Of a stretch of 64,000 nt of DNA, positions 18,811-28,944 are shown piece after piece. Origin of the DNA: a virus; the IMG/VR virus record IMGVR_UViG_3300035661_000010, one strand, 5' to 3'. Positions within the stretch are counted from its first letter, which is position 1. The number at the start of each line of letters is the position of its first letter. The translations under genes were made by a program, and so were the position numbers. A model generated the notes under the pieces. It was not told the DNA's origin. It did no database searches and saw only the letters and a list, made by a program, of their open reading frames with translations.

Positions 18811-19036
18811 TTCATGGGAATCGACATCCGATTCTGGCTTCGTACACATCAGCCACAAAAGGACAGACGGCTGTCGCGCTCATGCTCTTGCCAGCGATGC
18901 TTCTGGCGGCATGGAGACTTGTGGAGGGAAAGAACGAGAGCTACGCACAATGGTTCAACGCGCTCGCACTAGAGGCAGAAGAGGTGGATCAGGTCTGAGA
19001 AATCGATACGATGAATTTGTAGACAAGGAGTTTGTC

Positions 19037-19378
19037 ATGGGACAAGTAGGCACACAGACGACGATCAAGCGACGCAGAGCCACGAAGACGGAGCCGGAGG
19101 CAACGGCGCTGCCGGCCGTAGTAGAGGACAAGGGAATCTCGAAGAGAGAGAAGAAGCAGCTCTTCGAAGCGTACGAAGACGCCTCTGGTGAGAAGGTGGA
19201 CGCCCAGGATGCCTTCAAGAAGGCCGAGGAGAAGGTCAGCCAGATCGTGAGGGAGATCCACGACAAGTGTGGCAACGGGCCCTTCCACTGGAGCGGGAAG
19301 ATCGTCACGATCGCTTCCCGCAACGGGAAGTGGTTCTTTCGTAGCAAGAGCGACGAGGACATCGAGGTCATCGGCTGA
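19037..19378 (+). CDS. hypothetical protein
   Basis: AAGGAG RBS before ATG 19037. Confidence 0.65.
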   Translation: MGQVGTQTTIKRRRATKTEPEATALPAVVEDKGISKREKKQLFEAYEDASGEKVDAQDAFKKAEEKVSQIVREIHDKCGNGPFHWSGKIVTIASRNGKWFFRSKSDEDIEVIG

Positions 19379-19406
19379 AAGGTGTACCGGGTACCCAAAC
19401 CAGGAG

Positions 19407-19443
19407 GGCGGCAAGGAGAGGTCCTTGCCGCCATTTGCATTTC
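19407..19443 (+). terminator. hairpin, probable intrinsic terminator
   Basis: GGCGGCAAGGA-GAGG-TCCTTGCCGCC is a perfect 11-bp stem followed by ATTTGCATTT. Confidence 0.6.
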
Positions 19444-19454
19444 AAGGAGAAGGC

Positions 19455-20000
19455 ATGGACACTCAGCTACTGAAGAAGCTCACGAACAAGGCCGCTTTCC
19501 TCAAAGAGGGATCGATCCTTGGGTTCCCGTTCTCCGCAAGGCTCGCGGGAGCCATGTACAACTGCGCAACCAACGGTTTCTACGCGGTTGCTGTGCATGG
19601 ACCGGCAGAGTACCCGATGCGCAAGCTCGGCGATGCTGCCAGCTGGGACAAGTTCATCAACTTGTTCGAGGATGTGCTCCCGTTCAAGTCTGCATGGAGT
19701 GATTGCAATGAGTTCGAGGCCATCCGTTGGTGGGCAGGGACGCCAACGTGGGAGGTAGATGAGGATGGACACTCGAATGTGTTTGCTCCGGGCAGCCTTC
19801 TGGGCGTCCTCTTGAACAAGGAGCTTCTTTCGCAAGTGCTTGCGGTGGTGCCGTGCCCTAGAAGTCAGGTCAGGGTTCGGGTCACACAGACATGGTCCGA
19901 TCCGATTATGTTTGCCTGTAGGGAGTGGGCGTTTGTCCTCATGCCTCTCCAGCACCCAGGTGGCGACAAGGTCGATACGTTTTGCTCAAAGCGGAGGTAG
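19455..20000 (+). CDS. hypothetical protein
   Basis: AAGGAG RBS before ATG 19455. Confidence 0.6.
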   Translation: MDTQLLKKLTNKAAFLKEGSILGFPFSARLAGAMYNCATNGFYAVAVHGPAEYPMRKLGDAASWDKFINLFEDVLPFKSAWSDCNEFEAIRWWAGTPTWEVDEDGHSNVFAPGSLLGVLLNKELLSQVLAVVPCPRSQVRVRVTQTWSDPIMFACREWAFVLMPLQHPGGDKVDTFCSKRR

Positions 20001-20009
20001 ACTGAGGCC

Positions 20010-20711
20010 ATGAGCGAAACCGAACAGACAACAGACCAAGCAGCCGAGCCCACGCCGGAACCCAAGGTAGAGACTCTCGTTCCTACCGTGCGAACCACAC
20101 CCACGATGACGCAGTACGCTCATGCGCTTCTGAAGGTGTGGCCGGAAGCTTCGAAGGCCCAGGCGGCAATCCTGTGGGCACAGTTCGCCGTCGAAACCGG
20201 CGCGGGAGCATGCTGCTGGAACTGGAACCTTGGCAACGTGAAACATGTGAAGGGTGACGGCTTCGACTACATGGCGCTGAAGGGCGTCTGGGAGATCGTC
20301 AACGGCCAACGCGTCGAGATCCCTGCCACCGATCCGGGGGCGTGGTTTCGATCGTACCCGGATCTGGATACGGCGATGCACGGACACTTCGTCTTCCTCC
20401 AGAAGCACTACGCTCCTGCGTGGAAGTACGTGATTGGTACGCCCACCGAAGGTCCAAGTGTCGAGTCCTTCGTGCATGCGCTCAAGGTGAAGGGTTACTT
20501 CACAGCTCCGGAAGACGCGTATCGGAATGGCATGAAGGTGCATTTCGACAAGTTCATGGTCGCGTCCGGCTATGATGAGGCGCTTGCGGCCATCAGGGCT
20601 GAGCAGCCTGTAGACAAGACGCCGCAGCCGATCCCGCACATCTATGCTGGCGTCGATATCGAGCCGCTCAAGTACGACTGGACTGACGACGACAGGCCAG
20701 TCGTCGCGTGA
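20010..20711 (+). CDS. GH73-like glucosaminidase/muramidase (endolysin candidate)
   Basis: AQFAVETG (catalytic E), NLGNVK, FRSYPDL and GYFTA (YATD-like). Confidence 0.75.
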   Translation: MSETEQTTDQAAEPTPEPKVETLVPTVRTTPTMTQYAHALLKVWPEASKAQAAILWAQFAVETGAGACCWNWNLGNVKHVKGDGFDYMALKGVWEIVNGQRVEIPATDPGAWFRSYPDLDTAMHGHFVFLQKHYAPAWKYVIGTPTEGPSVESFVHALKVKGYFTAPEDAYRNGMKVHFDKFMVASGYDEALAAIRAEQPVDKTPQPIPHIYAGVDIEPLKYDWTDDDRPVVA

Positions 20712-21226
20712 TCGACTCCATCCCTCAGGACATCAACGATCAGATCGCCATCGCCACTGCGACCGAGAATCTCGTTCAGGTGCTCGGTCCGGAGAACGAA
20801 TGGTGGTTGGTCGCCCCGTTCTACGTTGCACCCGTAGGTATCGGTCAGGCAGAGACTCTCGCCGAGAGTCTTGGGTTCGAGCTCCCGACACCGAAGCTGG
20901 TGGACGCCATCTACGAAGCGTCCGATCTCAAGGTCGATGCCTCTAAGATGATCTTCACGCCAAAGGAAGGATCGGACTACTCGTTCAAGACGATGGCGTC
21001 GCAAGCCACCTTCGACATCACGTACATGAAGCTGACCAAGCAGATCCTCGGGAAGTCGTTCACGCTGCTTGGCGGCTCGCACAAGGACGTCGTGAAGAAA
21101 GACGGCGTCATCGGCATCTACGGATGGCAGCCTGCACGAGGTTCTACGATCCAGGGCTTCTACACGAAGCACGACCACGGCTGGATCGACTACAGTCAAG
21201 GCTTGCGGCTCGTTCGACGAGCCTGA
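20708..21226 (+). CDS. conserved hypothetical protein
   Basis: Conserved-looking motifs LPTPKLVDAIY, GSHKDVV, IYGW and HDHGWIDYSQGLRLV; coupled to the GH73-like gene. Confidence 0.6.
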   Translation: MIDSIPQDINDQIAIATATENLVQVLGPENEWWLVAPFYVAPVGIGQAETLAESLGFELPTPKLVDAIYEASDLKVDASKMIFTPKEGSDYSFKTMASQATFDITYMKLTKQILGKSFTLLGGSHKDVVKKDGVIGIYGWQPARGSTIQGFYTKHDHGWIDYSQGLRLVRRA

Positions 21227-21283
21227 TACGACACGTTCAGCAGTGGCAAGACACATGCAAGGCCGTAGACACTGGAGTGTCCA

Positions 21284-21739
21284 ATGACGATCCACAAGGT
21301 GAAGATGTGCGGCTGCGGCCACGAGGCGAGCTGGCACGCGGAGAACGGTACTGGTCCATGTACGTATGGGCACGATCACCCGTTCAAAGGCTGTACCTGT
21401 GAAGGTTTCGGTCGCCGCCGACACCCGGTACCTTCCGATGATCCGGCGCCGAAGGCGAAGGTTCCTTGGATGGAGAAGCGGCTGAAAGAGATCGGCAACC
21501 AGCTCGACGTCCTGGAGCGCGACTTCGCCCGCGGTATCAAGGCCGTGAGGACGAATGTCGACATGCTCTTCTCGAACTTCGATCCGGTAGCACGGATGAA
21601 GGAAGTCAGAGACACACTCAAGTATCAGCTGGATCGAGTGAACAAGTACGTCGCGTCGGCGGAGGCTGCGCAGAAAGAAGCTAGGAATGGTGGCAGTCAA
21701 AGAGTGCCACGAGTGCAAGAAGAATCGAAAGACGAGTGA
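21284..21739 (+). CDS. hypothetical protein (Cys/His N-terminus plus coiled coil)
   Basis: GGAG RBS; CGCGH...C...CTC. Confidence 0.55.
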   Translation: MTIHKVKMCGCGHEASWHAENGTGPCTYGHDHPFKGCTCEGFGRRRHPVPSDDPAPKAKVPWMEKRLKEIGNQLDVLERDFARGIKAVRTNVDMLFSNFDPVARMKEVRDTLKYQLDRVNKYVASAEAAQKEARNGGSQRVPRVQEESKDE

Positions 21740-21879
21740 GTTCGGCCCATGCAAGGCGAGCCGTGATGGCCTCGCATACTGGTGCAAGAAGTGTCGTTCT
21801 GACCACGAGGATGACCGCTCGTGCAACTTCTGAAAGTCGTCGATGACCGGCGATGAGTTTCGAGAGAGGATGAAAGAGG

Positions 21880-22782
21880 ATGCCGTATTCAGCCAAGATC
21901 ATTGCTGACTCCATTGGTCCCACTGGAGCTCGCCTGACGACGTGGGAATTAAGTTATCCAAGGTTTTGTCATAGTGAACTCATGACTCACCGTATGTTCT
22001 CGCGCAATGCTGCCAGTTCGCGTGCCATCCCGCTCGAGAAGATGCTCAGTCGAGTCTCGGAAGATCCGGCTATGCCCAAGTTCTGGGGAGAGAACCAGTC
22101 CGGCATGCAAGCCGCTCAAGAGTTGTCGACAGAGGACATCGAAGAGGCAAAGAGGATCTGGCTCGAAGCGCGCGACCTCATGGTCAAGTACGCCAGGAAG
22201 CTCGGATCGCCGAAGGACAAAGGTGGGCTGAATGTTCACAAGCAGATCGCCAACAGGCTCACTGAGCCGTGGATGCACATCACTGTGCTCGTGTCGGCCA
22301 CGAACTTCATGAACTGGTATGGGCTACGCGATCACGCGATGGCCCAGCCCGAGCTTGCCTGGGTGGCTCACGAGATGCTCCAGGTCATCAAGGCAGCAAA
22401 GCCGGTGAAGATGCCATTTGGTAGCTGGCACCTACCGCTCGTTCCAGACGAGAACAAGCTTCTGCGTGAAGGCTTCTCGGAAGACGACATCAAAATGATC
22501 TGTGCAGGGCGTTGTGCACGCGTCTCGTACCTGACGCATGATGGTCAGCGAGATCCGAAGGCCGACATCGAGCTCGCCACGAAACTGCTCTCGAATGGCC
22601 ACATGAGTCCGTTCGAGCACGCGGGGAGAGCACTCGAAGAGCTGACATGGTCCGGCAACTTCAGGGGCTTCGAGCAGCTCAGGAAGACGCTTCCTGGTGA
22701 GTCTCTGTTCGCGCACAACTCGAACATGGCGGAGCTGATGGAGATCGAGGGTTTGTCTGTGACTGATCGGCTGGCCGTATGA
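21880..22782 (+). CDS. thyX: FAD-dependent thymidylate synthase
   Basis: HSELMTHRMFSRNAASSRAIP (ThyX motif), HKQIANRLTEPW, AQPE, RCARVSY and HMSPFEH. Confidence 0.92.
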   Translation: MPYSAKIIADSIGPTGARLTTWELSYPRFCHSELMTHRMFSRNAASSRAIPLEKMLSRVSEDPAMPKFWGENQSGMQAAQELSTEDIEEAKRIWLEARDLMVKYARKLGSPKDKGGLNVHKQIANRLTEPWMHITVLVSATNFMNWYGLRDHAMAQPELAWVAHEMLQVIKAAKPVKMPFGSWHLPLVPDENKLLREGFSEDDIKMICAGRCARVSYLTHDGQRDPKADIELATKLLSNGHMSPFEHAGRALEELTWSGNFRGFEQLRKTLPGESLFAHNSNMAELMEIEGLSVTDRLAV

Positions 22783-23087
22783 ACTGGAAGCGTAAGGACA
22801 TGCCAACGATCATGAGCGGTATCGTCGTTCGATACCAGCTCGACGATGGATACTACTCGGGCGAGGTCTCGGTATCGCGCGAAGGTGTCGCTATCAGTGG
22901 CGTTTGGCCCACGATGTGCCTCGAGGCCGATCTGGAAGAAATGAAAGCCGTTATGGAGTTGGCTCGGCATCAGTATGCACACATCGTCAAATCGCAGAAG
23001 GCACGGCCCTTCGATGATGATCTTGTCATCCTGAGAACGAAGATCGGTTCGTTCGCCATTCGAAAGGTCGAAGCATCGTCCGTGTAA
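22779..23087 (+). CDS. hypothetical protein
   Basis: ATGA-coupled to thyX. Confidence 0.5.
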   Translation: MNWKRKDMPTIMSGIVVRYQLDDGYYSGEVSVSREGVAISGVWPTMCLEADLEEMKAVMELARHQYAHIVKSQKARPFDDDLVILRTKIGSFAIRKVEASSV

Positions 23088-23110
23088 AAGAGCCGTGGTA
23101 TGAATGACTC

Positions 23111-25033
23111 ATGTCCACGGATGCGCTGACGTTCTCGTCGTCCGAAATTACGCTCCACTGGCTGGAGCAGTACGTCTCCGATGGCCTCAACCGAAAACTC
23201 GGAGCCACATCGGCGCGCGGCGTCTACAGAGGCTTCGATCTCGTTCCGTCCGTGACGGACCTTCACGTCACAGTGAAAGCAGACCCGACGTTCCTGGACC
23301 ATGCAGCCCAGGTCATGCTCAACGGAGGCGAGCACGGTGTCGCTGTCAAAAAGAGCGGCGGCGACTTCGACATCGACCTCACGGCCTTCGCGAACAAGAC
23401 GGTCGTCCTGGCCTTGTACGTGAACTACACGGTGAGCGCGACCACCACAGGCGCGTTACGCATCTACCAGCTGTACCCAGTAGACCAGTTTACTGGAGCG
23501 ACAGAGAAGCCGATCCTCACGATCCTCGGGACGGTCCGCGTTCCGGGTGCCGGTACCATTGCGGACGAAGACATCACGCCAGGGCTGCGCATGGAGGCGT
23601 GGGCCGAAGCAGGTCGTGCCGCCACCATCCCGAGACAGCTCATTCGCAACGGCAGCTTCGAGCAGTCGGAGGTTGGGTCTCTGGGGCCATACTCGGCCTG
23701 GTACTGGGTCAAGAATCCGGCGGGCGCTTCGATCAGCTACTGGACTCCGATCAAGACAGACTCTGCCAACAGCGGTGAATCCCGAAGCATGGAGCTTCAG
23801 TGGGTGAACGCGACAGGAGCCGTTTCGTCATCGATCGGTCAGGCCGTCAATGCGCAGGTCGCGGTCGGTGACTACATGCGTGTTCGCCTCAAGGTAAAAG
23901 CCCTCCAGGTTCCGTCCGGAGGATCGCTCAAGATCGTTCTGAACTACCAGGACATCGACGGTGTCGATATGGGTGCGCCATCCGTCTATACGATTCCAAT
24001 GACCGCGGTCGATGCGATCTATCGACAGATCGATCAGAAGTTCAAGGTTCCGTCAGGGGCAGCCTTCCTCAGCCACTTCGAGATTGTTGCGGACAACATC
24101 GTCGCAGCTAGCGATGCGGCCGTCGTTCGTGTCGATGATGCAGAAGTGTGGGCAGACACGCGTACGCCCGCCAAGGTATTGAAGAAAGACGTCGCACAGA
24201 GCGTCATGGCCACGGCGCTCCAGCTTCTGCCAGATCCCGCCAACGGTGGAGCAGCAGCCGTTGCTGACCTCGCTCGAGCTTTGTCTCTCGCTTTGGATGC
24301 ATCGGGTGCAGAGGCGGTTGTGAACGCGGGACGTCGAGACGCCGGGACCGTGAACCATCCGATCTTGCAATGGCTCGGACGCATGAGACTCGGTTCTGGA
24401 AAGACCAGTCTTCTTGATCCGACGCTCACAACCACGCACGACGCCTCTGGCGGAGTCGCTCCAGTGTCACTGATCTGGGAGAGCGTCCCTACTTCCGGAA
24501 CGACCAAGACGCGCATCTACGTTTCGATGACTGGTGAGTTCATCGTTACCGTGAATGCTGCTGCAACCGTGAACGTCACGCTCACATGGGCAAAAGACAC
24601 CGCAGGCACCGCGGCCGTGAAACTGTCCGTGGGGTTCCTGAATGCCCAAGCCGATGTCATCGGCTACGTACGCCTCGCTGCAAACGACACGAACTGGACA
24701 GAGAGCGGCTGGGATGAGGTTGACAGCGTTGTCGGCATCACGCGCGCCATCGGCATTGCCGACACGATGGACAGTGCCGGTGGGCACGACAAGTTCGTCA
24801 CCTTCACCGCTGGATCGATCACGTATGCTCTCATCAATCCGGCTCTCTTCAAGGGTCGAAGCTTGATGATGGCGGACAACTCGTTCCTGCTGGCGTTGGG
24901 CGCAGGGATTACGCTGACGCGCTTCGGTACGGAGAAGATCGATGGCGTAGCAGCGGACTACGAGCTGAACATGCCAGGTGGTCGCTGGGTGCTGAAGTCA
25001 GATGGCGTTGACTGGCACTTGTTTTCTTGCTGA
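23111..25033 (+). CDS. virion structural protein (tail/fibre-associated) with a CBM-like beta domain
   Basis: 640 aa, Ala/Thr/Val-rich. Contains LIRNGSFE (start of a CBM4/9-like domain) and C-terminal EKIDG...LKSDGVDW, typical of fibre proteins. Confidence 0.6.
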   Translation: MSTDALTFSSSEITLHWLEQYVSDGLNRKLGATSARGVYRGFDLVPSVTDLHVTVKADPTFLDHAAQVMLNGGEHGVAVKKSGGDFDIDLTAFANKTVVLALYVNYTVSATTTGALRIYQLYPVDQFTGATEKPILTILGTVRVPGAGTIADEDITPGLRMEAWAEAGRAATIPRQLIRNGSFEQSEVGSLGPYSAWYWVKNPAGASISYWTPIKTDSANSGESRSMELQWVNATGAVSSSIGQAVNAQVAVGDYMRVRLKVKALQVPSGGSLKIVLNYQDIDGVDMGAPSVYTIPMTAVDAIYRQIDQKFKVPSGAAFLSHFEIVADNIVAASDAAVVRVDDAEVWADTRTPAKVLKKDVAQSVMATALQLLPDPANGGAAAVADLARALSLALDASGAEAVVNAGRRDAGTVNHPILQWLGRMRLGSGKTSLLDPTLTTTHDASGGVAPVSLIWESVPTSGTTKTRIYVSMTGEFIVTVNAAATVNVTLTWAKDTAGTAAVKLSVGFLNAQADVIGYVRLAANDTNWTESGWDEVDSVVGITRAIGIADTMDSAGGHDKFVTFTAGSITYALINPALFKGRSLMMADNSFLLALGAGITLTRFGTEKIDGVAADYELNMPGGRWVLKSDGVDWHLFSC

Positions 25034-25057
25034 ATGTGTAGACTGATGAGGTAGAAC

Positions 25058-25939
25058 ATGGCTCGACCGCAGCAGAAGAAGTTCACCACATCCGGCTCGT
25101 TCGCCGTCCCGCCGAATGTGTTCATGATGCACCTTCGCTTCTGGGGAGGCGGCGGCGGCGGCGGCGGCGGATGTGGAGGCCAGCAGGGGGCAACCACAAT
25201 AACGGCTTGCGGAGGCTCTGGTGGAGCCGGGTCTCAGGAAGTAGACCAGTTCGTTCCGGTCACCCCCGGCGACACGATTACCGTCACCCTTGGTGCGGGC
25301 GGAACGGCGGGCGTGGCGGGCGCGACCAACGGTGGAGCTGGCGGTCACGGAGGCGATGGTGGAGACACCACGATTCAGATCGGCGCCAACACGTACACCG
25401 CATCAGGTGCCGGTGGCGGACGCGGAACGCTCGGCATCTCGGCCACCCCGTACATCACGCTTGGTGGCTGTGCGGCCAAGAGCGCTACCGTCGAGTTTCC
25501 AACGTCCACTGGAACGTCAGGCATCCAGGACGGTGCCGGACTGACAAGACGAGCTCACGGCGACGGTGGCTGGTCTGGTTCTGGAGGGTCCACGATCTCC
25601 AGCGGCGCCGCCTCTGGAGCGAACAGCAAGAACGGAAACGCAGGAGGAGCACTGTCCATCGGAGGGGCCAACAACGGCGGCATCGGCGGCTGTGGATCTG
25701 GTGGCGGCGGAGCGGGTCCTGGCGGTCCAGGTGGAGCTGGCCAGAACGGTAGCAACGGTAGCAACGTTCCCCTCGCCTCGACCATCGGTATTGATGGCGT
25801 GTCACCCGCGCCCAACAGTGGAGCAGGTGCTTCAGGCGGCTCTGGTGGTGGCGGAAACCAGATCGGTGGATTTAACAGTAGCGGTGGAGCTGGTGCGGTC
25901 GGTGGGACAGGCTACGCAGAGATCACGTGGTGGCAATGA
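25058..25939 (+). CDS. glycine-rich tail-fibre-like protein
   Basis: FTTSGSFAVP...WGGGGGGG...VTPGDTITVTLGAGG...GYAEITW, the phage glycine-rich domain. Confidence 0.75.
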   Translation: MARPQQKKFTTSGSFAVPPNVFMMHLRFWGGGGGGGGGCGGQQGATTITACGGSGGAGSQEVDQFVPVTPGDTITVTLGAGGTAGVAGATNGGAGGHGGDGGDTTIQIGANTYTASGAGGGRGTLGISATPYITLGGCAAKSATVEFPTSTGTSGIQDGAGLTRRAHGDGGWSGSGGSTISSGAASGANSKNGNAGGALSIGGANNGGIGGCGSGGGGAGPGGPGGAGQNGSNGSNVPLASTIGIDGVSPAPNSGAGASGGSGGGGNQIGGFNSSGGAGAVGGTGYAEITWWQ

Positions 25940-26664
25940 TCATAGGGATCAGTGGAAAGGCCAGGTCTGGAAAAGACTCTGTTGCCGAAGCAGTCCGCAA
26001 CCAGGTTGGCGCCTTCAGTATGGCCATGTCCGATCCAGGAAAACGATTCCTGAGAGACTGCTTCGGCTTTACGCACGAGCAGCTCTGGGGTAACAAGAAA
26101 GAGGCTCAGGACCTCAGATTTCCGCTGAGCTCGAAGATGCTTGCGGTCGCGGAAGCAGAACACAAGGCTGCGATCTACAGAGGCGATCACGACCATGTCA
26201 TGGAGACGCATCTGACGCCGAGGAGGACGTTCCAGGTCATGCTGGAGGGTCTTCGCGAGCTGTACGATCCTGTCTGGATCGACCTCGTATTGTCTCAGGC
26301 CAAGCTGTTGCTTGAGAGTGAAGGTACCTGGTATTCGCCAGCGGACGGCATCTTCGGTTCTACCGTCGCACGTGATCCGATCCCGGCGGTGCTCATCACC
26401 GACGTTCGTAACACGAACGACATGAAGCGGCTACGTTCGCTGGGCCACAAGGTTGTTCGAGTTCGTCGCCGGGAACCAGGTCTCACTGGCGCAAGAAGCG
26501 TTCACATCAGTGAGACGATGCAGGACGACATGGACGACATGTTCTTCGATGCGGTGATCGATAACGATTCGAGCCTTGGTCACTTGAGAGATATAGCCAT
26601 CACGATGTATCGATCGTTTCTCGATGGAGAGCATCGATCGGTAGAAGGGCTCTGGCTGAGATAG
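25936..26664 (+). CDS. deoxynucleoside monophosphate kinase (T4 gp1-like)
   Basis: MIIGISGKARSGKDSVA (P-loop), TPRRTFQ, ITDVR, HISE and IDNDSSL. Confidence 0.85.
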   Translation: MIIGISGKARSGKDSVAEAVRNQVGAFSMAMSDPGKRFLRDCFGFTHEQLWGNKKEAQDLRFPLSSKMLAVAEAEHKAAIYRGDHDHVMETHLTPRRTFQVMLEGLRELYDPVWIDLVLSQAKLLLESEGTWYSPADGIFGSTVARDPIPAVLITDVRNTNDMKRLRSLGHKVVRVRRREPGLTGARSVHISETMQDDMDDMFFDAVIDNDSSLGHLRDIAITMYRSFLDGEHRSVEGLWLR

Positions 26665-26673
26665 GAGATCGAC

Positions 26674-27339
26674 ATGAGTGAGGGCACTGACGAGAGAATC
26701 GGACCGTGGATGGGGACGTGGAGCGGAGGTAGGTTCTATCCGCTCGATCCAAGACCAGAGGAGGTCTTCCTGCTCGACATTGCGCAGTCACTGTCGAAAC
26801 AGTGTCGTTACCTCGGACACAGTCTGAGGTTCTACTCGGTGGCGCAGCACTCGACGATCTGTGCCACTATCCTGCTCGGATCGCACGGGCCGCTAATGGC
26901 GATGCAGGGACTTCTGCATGACGCCGCGGAGGCGTACCTCGGAGATCTGATTAGCCCGCTCAAGATCGGGACCAGGATAGGGGAGATGTACCTGGAGCAC
27001 GAAGCCAAGCTGCACGACGTCATCATGACTCGATTCGGACTGTTCGCCGGCGACCTGCCAGATCCGGTGAAGGAAGCGGATCGACGGGTCCTTGCCACCG
27101 AGGCAAAGACTCTCGTCGCGTCCACCAAGGGATGGAACCTTGCTCAGCCGTACGCGTTCCTTGTTGCCCCGGTGGGCCCGGAGGAGGCGCTGATGCAGTT
27201 TTTGAAGACGGCCGACATGCTATGGAAGATGCTCCACAACGGCCAGTCGGTCTACCATGTGAGCAACCCCACCTTCTCCTCATCTCCGCCGCCCAAAGAG
27301 GTTACGGAAGCTCTCGGAGAGCCTACGCCAGCCTTCTAA
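26674..27339 (+). CDS. HD-domain 5'-deoxynucleotidase (YfbR/YfdR-like)
   Basis: DIAQSLSKQCRYLGH...YSVAQHS, LLHDAAEAYLGDLISPLK and KEADRRVLATE. Confidence 0.88.
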   Translation: MSEGTDERIGPWMGTWSGGRFYPLDPRPEEVFLLDIAQSLSKQCRYLGHSLRFYSVAQHSTICATILLGSHGPLMAMQGLLHDAAEAYLGDLISPLKIGTRIGEMYLEHEAKLHDVIMTRFGLFAGDLPDPVKEADRRVLATEAKTLVASTKGWNLAQPYAFLVAPVGPEEALMQFLKTADMLWKMLHNGQSVYHVSNPTFSSSPPPKEVTEALGEPTPAF

Positions 27340-27424
27340 GTGGGATCACAAGTCGTAACTTGTAAACTGCACTGGAACGTGGCTCCTTCGTAGTGTACGA
27401 AAGCAGTATGAGGGATCGTCAGCC

Positions 27425-27934
27425 GTGACCGTCTTTGTACGTGACAACGGACTGGAAGGCGCGGAGCACGAGATCGAGTTCGTCGATTGCGGCGGTCTCG
27501 ATGAGTACTACGCAGAGTTGTTTCTTCTACGAGACGGAGAGTCGCGAATCCTTGGACTCGTGCCTCGCCGTATGTGGAAGGAGCACAAGGTGCTGATCCC
27601 ATTCGAGCAGTGGCTCGGGCCTGACGATTTCTTCGTTCAGCAGAAGGATTCGAACTGCGCACATGTCAGCGCCATGAAGGCCGGCAAAGCGCAGCACTTC
27701 AGGCTGAACATGGAGATGTGGGGCACGGCCCCAGCCGAAGTCATGCTTCCGGTGTTCAAGACGTGGCGAGCAATGTACCGAAAAGGCTGCTCCACTGCGT
27801 TCGCTCGTGCGGCATACTTGGTGACCAGAGCCAAGGGCGAGCTCGAAACGTTCGTGAACGGCAAGACAAATCCGAGACAGTTGATTCTCGACGACGAAGA
27901 GGAGAAGGACGATGGAAGAGAGGGCACCGGATAA
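27425..27934 (+). CDS. hypothetical protein
   Basis: ORF with typical codon usage. Confidence 0.55.
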   Translation: MTVFVRDNGLEGAEHEIEFVDCGGLDEYYAELFLLRDGESRILGLVPRRMWKEHKVLIPFEQWLGPDDFFVQQKDSNCAHVSAMKAGKAQHFRLNMEMWGTAPAEVMLPVFKTWRAMYRKGCSTAFARAAYLVTRAKGELETFVNGKTNPRQLILDDEEEKDDGREGTG

Positions 27935-28944
27935 GAAGCGAGCCACCCCTATGTGCAGACGCTGCGCCAAGGGCGTGCACTGCCCTGTGGGCATCAAGCT
28001 CCAGAGAGAGCTCCAGCTCGCTCGAGATCTGCACGCTCTCGACGACAACAAGGGACGACGAAAGCGTCGCGTCAGGGCGTACAGGGCTTGGCAGAAGCAC
28101 GTGAGCGGAGAGAAGGTTCAGACGATGAACCTGGTCCTTCCGGAGACGGACTTTGTCGTCATCGACTTCGGATGCATCGGCATGGTCGGTGTCGCATGAG
28201 CAAGGTTGCGGGTCTGAACGCACATCGGCTCAAGAGCAATCCGGAGGAAGCCAAGTTCGCCATGTGGTGGGACAGGTGGAATAGGCACGGTAGCACGCTT
28301 GCTCACGCCCTCTACGTTGGCGATGGTGACGGATCTCACCCACCGGAGCCAAGCGAGCGCGACAAGATCGTTGCTGCCACCGTTATTCAGTGGCTCGGGT
28401 CTCCGACTGGGAAAGCGTTCCTGAACGACGTCGGCTACGAGAAGTAGAACGACAAGGAGGTTGGTCATGGATATCGTGAAGAGGGCGAAAGAGTCCCTCA
28501 AGGGACAGGCGCGCCGAGCGGTCACCAAGATGCGTCTGCGCAATCGCTTGCGGAGCCCAGAGCCTCTCGGGCTCGGCGACCTCCTGGAGCTTGTTTCAGC
28601 CAGCTTGGACGAAGCCTGGGACGAACGGGACCGCAAGCGAGAAGAGGGAAAGGAACGCTATCGCGCTCTCGGTTTCGCCTACGACGACGATGATGCGGCT
28701 GACTACTACGACGTGTTTCACCACGACGTGGGTGACAGATGAGCGAGCCAAATGACTACGACGACGAGCAGCTCTTTGAGAGCTACTGCCGCATGACGTG
28801 TTTGAGCGGAAGCGAGCGTGGGAGATGTCCGTGCAAAAATCCAAAGGAATGCAAGCTGCAAGAGCACCCAGACTACGCAGCTCATCGAGAGCAGGCGTCG
28901 ACGATGATGGGTCTGATGATACAGGCGGACCCGCATCGGAAAGA

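Noticed and set aside
20642-21826. Long minus-strand ORFs (this 394-aa one, also 35954-37066, 41346-42377, 60255-61223 and 61534-62616)
   Set aside because: They are antisense shadows of well-supported + strand genes in GC-rich DNA, with no recognisable motifs.
25144-25172. (GGC)n microsatellite
   Set aside because: It simply encodes the poly-Gly tract of the glycine-rich fibre domain.
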